From Pelomyxa schiedti (taxonomy: Eukaryota; Protista; Evosea), in NCBI GenBank assembly GCA_020536535.1, contig JAHLWZ010000127.1:3841-67840 (forward strand): a DNA stretch of 64,000 nt, in the 5' to 3' direction. The notes under the pieces were generated by a model. It saw only the letters and a list, made by a program, of their open reading frames with translations, was not told where the DNA came from and did no database searches. The translations under genes were made by a program, and so were the position numbers. Below, piece by piece: positions 24,301 through 35,720 of this stretch. Numbering within the stretch: the stretch's first letter is position 1; each line of letters opens with the position of its first letter.

Positions 24301-26079
24301 TAGGAGAAGATAGAGATTAGCAGAGTCCGCACCACAAGGACAGCGTTGGCTGAGTTGTTCTACAGTTTATTGCCGATTGAATCACCAGCATGGAGAGTTC
24401 ACTGTCCGCTGGGCTAAAGCAGCAGAAAATTAATGATAGTGGAGTACAATAAAAAGTATTGGGAACCTTCCATCCTCGTCGACACCACCAAGCATCATAT
24501 TCTGGAATAAATTTCCACTTCCTAGACCCTCCCAAGAAAATGAGGCAACATATTCTACCATTGTCATCTTCATTCGCAGTGCCTCAAGTAATTCCAGTGC
24601 ACATTCTTCGGTCAATGAGCCGCTCTCCCACTCGGGCATGAAGTAGGGATACATATCTGTGGGACACCACAATTAGCTATTGTCACTATCTTTGGGTAGT
24701 AAAATACAATAATCAAAACGCCCAGGACTATATCCGAGGTGTGCACCCTCCAAGTGACCAGCCAAGTACACGAACCAGAATGACTGGACTGAGAGGATAT
24801 TACAAGAAAGGGAAAAAAAAAACGGAAAGAAAGTACCAGCTTCGTGGAAATTACGAGGCGGATTTGCCGGAACCCAAGAACACCTTTCAGCAATGGCTGT
24901 TAGCATTTCTGCCAATCTGGGATCCTCGGTTACGGAGGCCAATCGTTGTGCTTCGCGTTGGTAATTGGATACCCATGAGAGAACTCCTCTTAGAACTCGT
25001 ATTCCTGCCCGCCAGAAATAGACCTAATAAATTAAGAAATGTTGTTTAAACTGGTGATAGTACCTGCTCCATACTTCTGCAGCCAGTTGGTATGAAATTC
25101 TGTGACGCACTTAAGGCAGAGAAGGAATAACGGTAAAAAGTACTGCGATTTTGTCTTCCATCTCAGCAATAATTGCATTGAAGCCTTTTCTTAAAGCCGT
25201 CTCGTAGTCAAGAACAAATCTACCCTCTGGTGCGGGGTCATGAGCTGCGGTGTAGAGTACAGCTTTCCATCCATTAGTTATATACGCCGCTTTCTGGTGA
25301 AAGATGGAAAAAAGATAAAAGAGTAAGCAGTCGATATGGGAAAATAAGGGGACACACAGGGAAACACGTCATCCAAATTTTGTCCCCCAAGCTTTGCATG
25401 CATTTGTCTGAAAAGTATTGGGCAGTCTCCTTCAAGGCATCCACATCTTTCACAGGGAGCAAGAATTTCTTTCCAAACATGACGTACTGCGAGGAGGAGG
25501 AGAGGTCTTTGCTGATTTGTATGCCACCACCGCTTCCCACCTCTGTAACTTCATCTTGACTTTCTGCCACAACTTGTAGGGAACCCAGCTCCCTACCGTC
25601 GTAAATTACAACTCAATGCGCACGAAATAGAACCTTAAAATATAGCTCGAAGCGTAGTTGCAATAAGGTACAGCACCACGTGGGTAGCGTGTTTTCTGCC
25701 CCACAATCGGCTCCCCTGTAGAGGGTTTTAGAGGGAAAAAAAAAATTCTGAGCCCATTTACCCAAATTGATCACTGGAGTGAGATGTTCCATGGCGTAGG
25801 CGTGGCATTCCGCTCTGCTTGGGGGTGGTCAGAGAACGAATGAATTAGCATAGCTCCGCAGAAATTTCTTTACCATTCAATCGGAGACAAGGTCCCACAC
25901 ACAGCCTTGTGTGCGGCCATGTAGTTTGTGATGTACTCCACGTCAACAACCAACGGAGAACTGACGTACCTGCCAAACATCTCCCTTATCGCCGCCGTAG
26001 ATCCAGTAGCGATCTCCTGTGTGCTCACACATCTCGCCTTCCTCCCAGTTCCACGTGTAACGTCACTCGTGTCTGCCAT
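21319..26079 (-). CDS. Glycyl radical enzyme (HPAD/arylacetate-decarboxylase clade) fused to C-terminal radical-SAM glycyl-radical activating enzyme
   Basis: GRE part: [48 protein letters not shown], Cys loop SMGGCTEP (Cys at 24033-24035), ATPDGR, QFNVVD, Gly loop LIVRVAGFS (Gly at 22581-22583). Activase part: [35 protein letters not shown] (CxxxCxxC), [30 protein letters not shown]. The two parts are joined by a phase-0 GT-AG intron at 22383-22341. More than 20 short introns in total. Confidence 0.9.
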
Positions 26080-26342
26080 CGATGTAGTTTTTATTTTTTT
26101 TAGTGTTTTTGGTTTCAGCTCGTTTAACTTGTTGGATCTCTCACCGGAATGGACAAAAAGAAAAGGTCCCTCGATTTTTGAGGTTCCAGACAGTTCCACC
26201 AACCTTTTTGGGGTGTATTTGTGCTGAATAATAATGCAACAGCAGATAAATGTTTGAACATCAACGTTGTATTCCAGTAACAGAACTGGCGAAACATCAC
26301 CTGGTTGGTGACTATGTTGCAGTAGCCATCACGATAGTGCTC

Positions 26343-28724
26343 CTATCCTCTGGAAATGTGCCTGCCTGGGAAGTCCAATGGGGACAATAAGCCTATCACA
26401 GTGTGTAACAGTGTGGCTGGTAGTGATCCAAGAGTGGAGGTCACCAGTCTATCTTTTTCTACCAGTGCAGAAACAGGTGTTTGCTCAGTCCTGGCCAATC
26501 GATTCCAGCACAGAATTACGGTTTTGAGAACGACCAGGAACCACTTGGGGAAAAACTGCCTATCAGCAGGGCTCCATGTGGCTGGACTTGTGAGGTGATG
26601 CAGGCATTTTGGCAAAATAAGAAAATCCTGGGGCAGTGTGGCGCCATGACACCAAAGCAACTTGACCACTTTGGAATTGCCTGCAGACAGAGCCTCTATT
26701 AGTGTGTCCTTGTCAAATTGTGCCCCAAATTCAAGAAGAAGGGATATGGCCTGGAAGGAGTCAGTGGTTCTGACAAAGTACTTCAGCAATGGTAAGGAAA
26801 CTGGGAGGTTTGGGTCAGCACCCATTTCCAGCAGCATTCGGGCACAAGGTAAACTATGTTGACTTCTACAGCACAGGCCAAGTGGGGTGAAATAGTCTCT
26901 TGTATCAAATGACTGAGAGCCTTCATTTAACTGACAGTCAAGGGTCAACCCATGATTGGCAAGGAGTTCCCCCACAAGAGGCTTGTTTCCAGCTTTAAGA
27001 GCATATTGGAACAGCCTGGTTTTATTGTTCACATCCACGGAAATGAAAAAGTCAACCAAAGAGTTATTGCTCAAATCAGAGAGTTCAATCAACCGATGGT
27101 GGATTTCTGAGTGGTTCTGGAGCATTGGAAGCAAGATGGACGTGAGCTCACCCCTCTTACTTGAGATCAGTGCAGTGGATATCATAACCGAGATAAGCTC
27201 ATACAAAGATATATCACTGTCACAAGCTTGTGTTATTGTGTACTCTTGGCCGCCCCTGTTTTGGTTGACCTTCTTCCATGTGATCGTTTTGGGTGCCTCC
27301 TTCCAAGTTTCGTGGTATTTGGCGGAAATAAACTCATAGAAGCTCGCCATTGCAGATGAGTCAGCCAAAGTGAATGAGGATAACTTGAGGAGGGATCCAA
27401 GCAAATATAAAATATGAATACTGTGTGGTGCACCAAAAAGAAATCTTAGGGCTTGGTGGAAGAGTTCGTCCAAGGGGGAATGGTTCAAAATCTTGTTGAA
27501 GGGAAATGGAAAAAAAGCGCGGGATAGAATCTGAAATGTGGGGCTTTCAAAGTTGGAGAAAAACCCAAGAGCCTTCAAAAGCAGATTTTCAGGGATACTG
27601 GTATTTGTAAGGCTCAGAGGTATAAGTACCAATGCGGCGCAACCAGGATGCTGGGTATCTCTGAGGCCAAATTCTACCAACTTATCTTTTGTAGAACCAT
27701 CCACAATACAGAAATCTGTGAGAACACTCAAAAAGATTTTAAATAGCTCGTGGTCCATCTTAGAGAACTCGGGAAGTCTTGGTAGTAATGATTCCACCAG
27801 TCTTGCAGTGAGACTGAGGGCAACTGTGCCCTTGCCCTCTAGGGTAGACCAGAACTTAACGGTTTGTAGGATGTATAAATTTGAAGTCCCAATGAGATTC
27901 ACGACCCAGTCCGTAGCTGTTGCGGTTAGTAGCGGCAGTTCCGCACTTGTTTGCATAATGGTGGTACACAGCCCTACGCATGGGACATAGTATTCTGAAC
28001 ACATAGGAAGTAGCCTCTGTACAATCTCGGTGAGAGCCGTTTCGTACGGGACTAGGAATTTCCGGAAGTTTGAAAACCACAGCATGGCCCAGAAGGAGGT
28101 AAGTTGTGGTCCCCTGAAAATTGCTCCAGATGCAGAAAGGATATGAATATCAGTCACCCAGGTGTCACAAATCACCTTCCTCCACGAATCGGGAAAGTTC
28201 CTTGTGAATATATCAGGCATAAAATCATCAGCCATAAGTAGAATCGTAGGAGTCAAGTCAATAGAGAGAGCACCCAGCAGCTCAGTATCAAAATACCCAC
28301 GCTCTGACAACTGAAGCACAAATTCCAACACGAACCTGGTAGCTGAAGTACCTGAATAAGACAGGACAGCATCACGTGCCAGCAAAGCCAATTTCCTGGA
28401 ATCATCCCCCTTTCTGCTATTAGTGCCTCCAGTCTTATTTACAATTATCCACTTTTCCACATCCACAACAATTCTCTCTCCATTGCTGATTCCACAATCA
28501 TCATCAGGAGCAGAACAACAACAAATACTACTGGGACTCAGTTTTTCAAGTGCATGAAGATAATTGGTCATAGTTTCGGTATAAATTGACCTCAGAAGGG
28601 CCGGGAGTGCCCGCATTGTGGGATGAGCGCGCCCCACAGCATCCAGAGCCTCGAATGCAGTTGGACATTTGATTTGGTCAAGGGCTCGTAAAAGTGTTCT
28701 TCTATGAGCAGGCTCCATCTCCAA
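26343..28724 (-). CDS. Ankyrin-repeat protein, essentially single-exon (a small upstream exon may start at ~28912)
   Basis: 793-aa uninterrupted ORF with ankyrin-like repeats (TRLFQYALKAGN, TPLGLCC..ARMLLEMGADPN, LLLEFGA, ALSAGNSKVVKLL..HGA) and a C-terminal WSP..FP..LP.LL..I segment. Confidence 0.8.
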   Translation of the reverse strand: MEMEPAHRRTLLRALDQIKCPTAFEALDAVGRAHPTMRALPALLRSIYTETMTNYLHALEKLSPSSICCCSAPDDDCGISNGERIVVDVEKWIIVNKTGGTNSRKGDDSRKLALLARDAVLSYSGTSATRFVLEFVLQLSERGYFDTELLGALSIDLTPTILLMADDFMPDIFTRNFPDSWRKVICDTWVTDIHILSASGAIFRGPQLTSFWAMLWFSNFRKFLVPYETALTEIVQRLLPMCSEYYVPCVGLCTTIMQTSAELPLLTATATDWVVNLIGTSNLYILQTVKFWSTLEGKGTVALSLTARLVESLLPRLPEFSKMDHELFKIFLSVLTDFCIVDGSTKDKLVEFGLRDTQHPGCAALVLIPLSLTNTSIPENLLLKALGFFSNFESPTFQILSRAFFPFPFNKILNHSPLDELFHQALRFLFGAPHSIHILYLLGSLLKLSSFTLADSSAMASFYEFISAKYHETWKEAPKTITWKKVNQNRGGQEYTITQACDSDISLYELISVMISTALISSKRGELTSILLPMLQNHSEIHHRLIELSDLSNNSLVDFFISVDVNNKTRLFQYALKAGNKPLVGELLANHGLTLDCQLNEGSQSFDTRDYFTPLGLCCRSQHSLPCARMLLEMGADPNLPVSLPLLKYFVRTTDSFQAISLLLEFGAQFDKDTLIEALSAGNSKVVKLLWCHGATLPQDFLILPKCLHHLTSPATWSPADRQFFPKWFLVVLKTVILCWNRLARTEQTPVSALVEKDRLVTSTLGSLPATLLHTVIGLLSPLDFPGRHISRG

Positions 28725-29128
28725 ACAACAAACGCCGCACTTCCAACTTGGATGACTGAAGTAGCGAGCGGACTGTCAGGTTTTTATCTGGGCCACTTGG
28801 GTAGGTGCTCGTATGTGTAAGAATAGAAGAGGAGCACACTCGCCTGGAGAGTGCCACTGAGCGATGGTGATGAATGACTTTTCTTGGACTGTGTTTGAAG
28901 TCTGTTCGCCATCTTCAACTGTTCTTCCCCGAATGTGATTTGTCTGCTCGTTTTCCGTTATGCTTTTGTGCGCTTCCCAAGGAAAGGACCAAGGGCGGCA
29001 TCGCGGAATGGAAAACACAAGAAGCGCGGCCACTTTTTCGTTTGTTACTGTTTGCTTGTACAACAGGGCGTGCCGTGTCTTCGTGGGCCAGTTGAGAAGT
29101 GAGGCCTCTTTTGCGGAAGGTTTGGTTG

Positions 29129-32100
29129 ATGATGAGTTTGAGGATCCATGTCTTGCGTGGTGTGGTTTTGGTAGGGTTGTTTCTGAATTGTGGGATCCTG
29201 AGAGGCTGTGAGGCTGGAGGTGTTGTTGGGGGCCAATGGGGCATTTGTACACTGGAGGGTCTGTTGTCTTTGGCAAAGCAAACTGTGGCTGAAATACAGC
29301 CCCCTTTTGTGCTCATGGAAAATGTGCTCCTTTTTTTTTTTTTTTTTTCCCTTTTTTTACTGTAATATGTGTTAATACATTTCTTTCTTGTTTAGTACCT
29401 GAATGTGGCTGCTTCGATGTTTTTATTCATTGATGAAAACGCGGACACTGTGGAAGTTGACCTGCAGAAACGATACTTGTACGACCACATCACAATCATG
29501 CCTAATAGCAGCCAAATTGCTGGAAGCGGTGTGGATCAAACCAATGATCGAACCCTTGAGGTTTTAATCACTTTTACCTGTTACTGCTTCCTAACTCAAT
29601 GCAGAGTTTCGTCAGGCGAAGTGCTCTTGCTGCGGTACCAGTGAATAGGTCCGCACCCTGTGAGTGCAACCCCTATTGGTTAATGTTTCTGGAGAAGTAC
29701 TACACAGGTTCCGTAATTGATTACTTTGCTCTTCTATCTTCCATTAATTTATCATAGATGAACTTCTAGGAGTTCCCTGCGAGAGTTATTGCTCTACAAG
29801 TAAGATGTTGGCTCTTGGGCGGCATTTTGGGGGAATTTATATTCCAGTATCAGTGTCAATTGATGAGGCATTAAGAATGTGGGGAATTTCAAATGGGGAT
29901 TCCATTACGTATTTTTCCAATGCTACTTGTACACACTAATCGACATTAGGACAACTGTGTATCCCTGGAAATTGTGGAGATCCTTGGGCACTACAATTGG
30001 TGACTATATCAAGCAGCCGGATTACCAACCGCCATTCTGGCCCATGTTTACACAAGAAGCAAATCCCACAAACAAGATCATGTGGACTGATCCGTACTAC
30101 AATGCACTGGGTACGGTTTTTTTTTTTTTCTTCATTTTCTCTGTTCCATCTCATACCATACAGAACTGATGATTCAAGTTGGGAAACAGATTTATGGAAA
30201 GAATAACACATTCATTGGTGCGTCTGGAATCACTCTCTCAATGCAAAAAACTACTGCACTGATGACCAGTGTAGTGTCAACACCAGGAGGTAGTTCCCAC
30301 TAAACCTAACAAATAATCGTTGACTTCAATAACGTTTCGAGGTTTTGCAATGCTTGTATCAGACAGTGGCTATGTAATCTCCTCTGACCTTTGGGCCTTT
30401 CCTTTGCTGTTTGGTTCATCTTTTAACTTCTCGGCTCGGACTATTCCATCTCTTACACAAGCACAAGCGAATTTCACTGCAGTACTTTCTTTACCCTTCC
30501 TACAAGTGCTAACCGTAAATATAGCTCATAAATGATTTGAAGGTGTATGGTTATAATGAAATACTTTTCAATGGGACAATGTGGCTCTTTGCACACCATC
30601 CTCTTGAGTTACTTCCCTGGACTGTTGTTGTTGCTGTTCCCTCCTCTGAAATCCTTTCTGGTTTGTGCTACTTGTTTTCCATCATGAGGTGATGAAAAAA
30701 AAGGAGTGATGTTTACTGTGAACCCCACAACTGTGCAACTATCTTCCAGTGGATCAGTTGTGTTCACCATTTCACTGAATAATACGGGTGTTATCCCCGT
30801 TTATGTCACATTTGAAAATCCCTCTTTGATTTTACCAAGTAAAAGAACCCACCAAATACATAAAATGGGACTATCTAACCACTCCAAAACAGGCAACTTT
30901 TCTGAAGATATTCTACTCCAGGGCGGGGAGAGTGTCACTCTTACCTTTCACTTCGATGGGGACCTCCCTTATTCGAATAGGTTATGGTTTCAAGTTAGAG
31001 ATGCTGTCACTGCTTTCAGCTTGTGCTTTAACTCACGGTATTCTGTTCTTGTTTCTATTACAGGTGCGTTTCTACTTGCCAAATGAAAAAATTCACTCCT
31101 AACAGCAGATTCAATGGTACTCATTGCAAGTATCTCTGTTGGGGGTGCAGTTGCATTTCTTTTCTTTGTCACAATAGTTGTACTTTTACTTGTGATTCGT
31201 CATTTCAAACGCCAGGTCTTTCCAATTTTTAAAACTGGTTTCTAAACAAATGTCTGGATGTCTCGCAGGTAGCTGTTCTTTCTCAGCCCCTTACAAGTGC
31301 CCAACTGTTCAAAACTCCAGCTGAAGCTGCAATAAAGAAACTCACTGCAATCATGAACAAAAAATCCAGTTAGTATCCTCCAAACTTAGAAGTAAACCAA
31401 TATGATCTTTTTCCCCAGAGCTCGAAGCCGATGACAAACTTTCCATTGAGAAAATAATCCAGTTGATTGCCACCAATGGGCTGCACAGAGTTGATTACAT
31501 TGCCCAGAAGAAAGCTTGCCTTGCAAGTCTGTGGACATTTTCTCACCTTCATCAGTTCATGTTCAATGTCAGATTTTGATTCTGAAGTCAATGCCTACTT
31601 GATGGAACAGCTTATTTCTCCTCAAATGAAACCTGAAGACAGTGAAGAAGATTTAAAAGCACTGTTATATGCAGGGTGTGTGCATTGGCAAGTTGCTTAT
31701 AATAATTGTCTCAGAGATAACGCTTCAATTGAACCAGTGATCACCAGTAGTGTTGATGAATGGGACTTCTCTGCCTTCGAATATTCTCCTGGTACGCCTG
31801 TTTAACTTCTCTTACATTTTTCTAATTATCACAACAAGATCAAATTCTGGGCAAGATAGTGCCCCCTATTTTCCAGAGGCACGGGTTGTTTGCCAAGTTT
31901 AACATTGAGGAAAGCACTCTGATGTCATGGTTGGATGGAGTCACACGAGGGTTCACCTCTTGATAATCTAAGCAATGAATTTTATGCTACACAGATACCT
32001 CAGCAACCCCTATCACAATGTTATTCATGCTGCTGATGTATTACAAGCCTGTCACGTTATGTTGCTTAACTTGGTTAATCACGAACTCCTTTCCCCTGTG

Positions 32101-33483
32101 GCTGTTTTGAGTGTCTTGTTTAGCGCCATTATCCATGACTTGGCACACCCTGGAGTAAAGTATGCCCTATCTCCAGAATCTCTTCTTTTCTTTTACATTG
32201 ACTGACTCGCCCAGTAATAATTTTCTTTACCGTATTCTTGATCCCTTGGCACTGACATACAATGGAATTTCAGTACTCTTTCCAAAACTGAGTGTGCCTT
32301 GCTTAGTTTATACAGATTTTGGAAAACATGCATGTACACGAAGCTTTTGAATTAACACTTCACGGTGGCTCCAATTGGCTTTCCTTTTTTTCCCCAGTAA
32401 GGAGCTGAGGAGAAAGATTTTAGTTCATTGACCTTCAAAAAAGGACGAATTCCTGGACTTCCACAAGCAAGTAACGAGCTTGGTCCTTACCACTGAGTAC
32501 CTCTATTTACCTTCTCCAAGGTAATTTATGGCATTCATTCTTTTTCCCAGTATGTCAAAACACGTGGAGCTACTGAGTTTTTTCAAGACCAGGCAGTCTG
32601 TTGACGGCTTCAATTTATCAAACAAAGTATGTCCTCGTACTACATAATGGCCGGTGTAAGCCGACTCTGCATAGAGTGATACAAACAGTGTGCTTCAAAT
32701 GATTCTCAAAATGTCCGATATTTGCAACCAAACGCGGGCGTGGAGCACTGCCTCGAGATGGACAACCCTCGTTGTTGAAGAGTGCTTTCAGCAAGGTGAT
32801 CAAGAAGAAAAATACAACCTCCCCAAGTCCCCATTCATGGATAGAGACGCGCCGCACATAGCCAAATGCCAGTGCACATTTATCCAGTATGCCAAACATT
32901 CCCAACGTCCCCCCCACCCCCATCAGAACCCATTATGGGCCCACTCACCCCAAACCCCAACAGGTTCGTTGTCTCGCCACTCCTGGAAAGCGTTTCCAAG
33001 GTAATCGACCCACGACTATCCGCCGCGATGAAGAGCAACCTGTCGTCCAACCTCACGCACTGGCAGTCCCAGCAAAGCCAGGCGCCCACGCCCTCGCACT
33101 CGCGGCCGCACTCGCCCCCGTCGTCGTCGTCGGCGCACAACGCTCTGGCGGCCGCCACCCCGACGCACACCAACCCCGGCAGCAGCCGCACGACCCACTC
33201 GCACTCGACGACCCCCACGCACACCAGGGGGACAGTCACGCCGGCCGCGGCAGCCACGTCCCCTGCTACTTCCGCGAGGGCGGGGGCTGTGCCGATGGCA
33301 TTGCAGGCGAACGCCCACAACGCCGCGAGTGCGGCTACTCTGCTGCCGGAATCGGCTGTGGCTGCCTCTGGTGTGAGTGGGAGGATTGGGACTGGGACCG
33401 GGACACACAAGAACAACAACAGCAGTGGTGGTGTACTGTCACGTGGCGCCAGTTATCTCACCTCTGGTTCTGGGAAACACTAG
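29129..33483 (+). CDS. Type I membrane receptor-like class I cyclic-nucleotide phosphodiesterase (signal peptide, dCache, Ig-like, TM, PDEase)
   Basis: Hydrophobic N-terminus. Cache motifs WTDPYYNA..FIGASGI, GFAMLVSDSGYVIS and WTVVVAVP. TM helix at ~31115-31200. PDE motifs PYHNVIHAADV, AIIHDLAHPG, TDMSKH, KMSDICNQTR, FQQGDQE..SPFMDR and Q.TFI. Confidence 0.88.
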
Positions 33484-33709
33484 ATATTGGTTCGAACTAA
33501 TACCGCGGCACTAGAAGAAGCAAGCTTGAAGCAATGCCAAGGGCAAATGCTCAATTTGAACCATTCCTCTGATATTCCATTACAAACCCATAGAGAAAAT
33601 TGTATTAACAAAAAAAAGAAGAGGATTGTTGGGTTCTGTTTTGCTGAGCTCAAACCCAAACTGTTGGACTTCTCAATCGTAGCGAAGCTGATTCCAAGAA
33701 ATCAGAAGA

Positions 33710-34894
33710 ATGGCGTCGACGAGCACAGTGGACGCGACCAACTTGGTCAATCAGGGAGCAGAGGCGGTTGTGCCCTGTTTCGTTTATTCGTATTATTATG
33801 GGTTTTCTTTGTTTTTTTGCTTTCGTTTAACGAGGTGTAAACGCAGAGGGTGTACCGTATAAGACAAGACGAAAAAAATGTCATCGTTAAGGAGAGATTC
33901 TCGAAGAAATACAGACACCCAACTTTAGATGCTTTGTTGACAAGGAAACGCATCAATTCGGTTTGCTTCTTATATTATTTTAAAATTTCGCGCCATAACA
34001 ACCCAATCGTTAACACATAGCATAACACCACTCACCAATATGGGATTTAAAGGAAGCCAAGTGTATGGCACGAGCGAAAGGGGCTGGTGTGGACACACCC
34101 ACAATTTTCCGCGTGGACAAACACACGTCCCGTTTGTATATGGAAGACATTGGAACTCTCTCAGTGAAGCTGTTCTTATGGGCCAACTGCTCCACACCCA
34201 ATCCACTTGCCAGAGCCACCGCTGCTACAAGTTCCTCGGTTTGTAGTACTGGCAACACCACTTCATCTGCTGCTGTGACCCCAAACAATTCCGCCGCCAC
34301 AAATTCTAATGCTACTTACAGCCCAGGTTTGCACACAACCTCACGCAAATTCCTTTTTCTCATTTTGCGTATTAGATTGCCTTCGGATATGCCAAGATAT
34401 TGGACGTGCAATTGCCTTCATGCATACTGTTGACGTCGTGCACGGCGATTTAACAACATCTAACTTCTTACTGAGAACACCAGAAAACACAATTGTATTC
34501 GAGGCCTTTCATTCCTATATTCCAGCCTCACAATTACAATGTTCGTTTCATTTTGGTGACAAGGTTGCAATTGATTTTGGTCTGAGCTATGTTTCATCAT
34601 TGATTGAAGACAAAGCTGTAGACTTGTATGTTCTTGAGCGAGCCTTCCTGTGCACCCACCCTTCATCTGGACCACTTGTATGGCTCCGTTATCAATACAT
34701 GTTAATTAACCTACTCTTCTTTGTTTCGCCAATAGTTTTCACAAGTACTTGAAACATATGCTAGTCAATACAAACAAGGCCCTGCAGTACTGCAGAGACT
34801 AGAACAGGGTATGTACTTTCAACGGTTCTCAAATACAATCTTACTCTCTGAAATAGTCCGTCTCAGAGGAAGGAAAAAACTTGCTTTTGGGTGA
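33710..34894 (+). CDS. BUD32: KEOPS-complex kinase Bud32/TP53RK
   Basis: QGAEA, KERFSKKYRHPTLD, HGDLTTSN, IDFGLS, EDKAVDLYVLERAF, VRLRGRKK..G*. Confidence 0.95.
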
Positions 34895-35720
34895 TAGGTC
34901 GAGAATAAAAATCTTAAACAAAATTAGACAGTGTTTCACACTGCATTTGCAAAAAAGAGGGCATTGGCCAACTCACTGGCAAAAGCCTAAACCTGCTTTT
35001 TCCTTCAACTCTCCATGTCTCAGAACGGTGAGGGGAATTCCACCAGAAAAGAAAAAAACTAGAATACCCTCAGAGGGTGTCGGACCCACTCATTGTGTTT
35101 GGTATCATTTTCGGCTTGATTCCACTTTGGTGCATCAGTGTCTCCCCTTTTGAAGAGGAGTATCATACGAGTTACTCCAAAGTATCAATTCACAACGCCA
35201 TCCGATGGTGAGGGTAATTTCTGAACCTGGGTCGTTCCCTTTTCCCGCAAAGAAATTCTCGTACAAAGTATTATGGGATGTGTGAGTACAAACACAAGCT
35301 GCTTGTTGATATGGTGTGGGGAGCATTCCCTCCCTTTGTCGGTCCCTTGGTGTTGTATTGGACACACTCCCCTTTGGTTTGGGGATCTATGATCGAGTCT
35401 GATAGGCCAATGTGGCGCTGTGGCACATTGAACTATCACTCTCCGCTTCGAAGGGACTCCTTTTCTTTTTCATTGGTTTGGGCATCCAATCGTGAGGCTT
35501 GTTGCCGCTTCTCACAACCCATAATGATCCGCGCCTGCCCGAGGGTGTAACCGAGGATCCCGAGCCCCCCACAATGGAAACACGCGGGCGGGTTGTGGTC
35601 ACTCTTGTTCGTTGTTGCCGCGCTGAGTGTCGTTGAGGCACTATTGCCCAATATCTTTTCATCGTTCCGCTGAGCGATCAGACACTCGTTCCCTTTTTCC
35701 AGAACAAACAAAAAATCAGG

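Noticed and set aside
21319-26079. GRE/activase as bacterial contamination or a two-gene operon
   Set aside because: The locus is interrupted by many spliceosomal introns identical in style to its neighbours, and the activase has no start codon or RBS.
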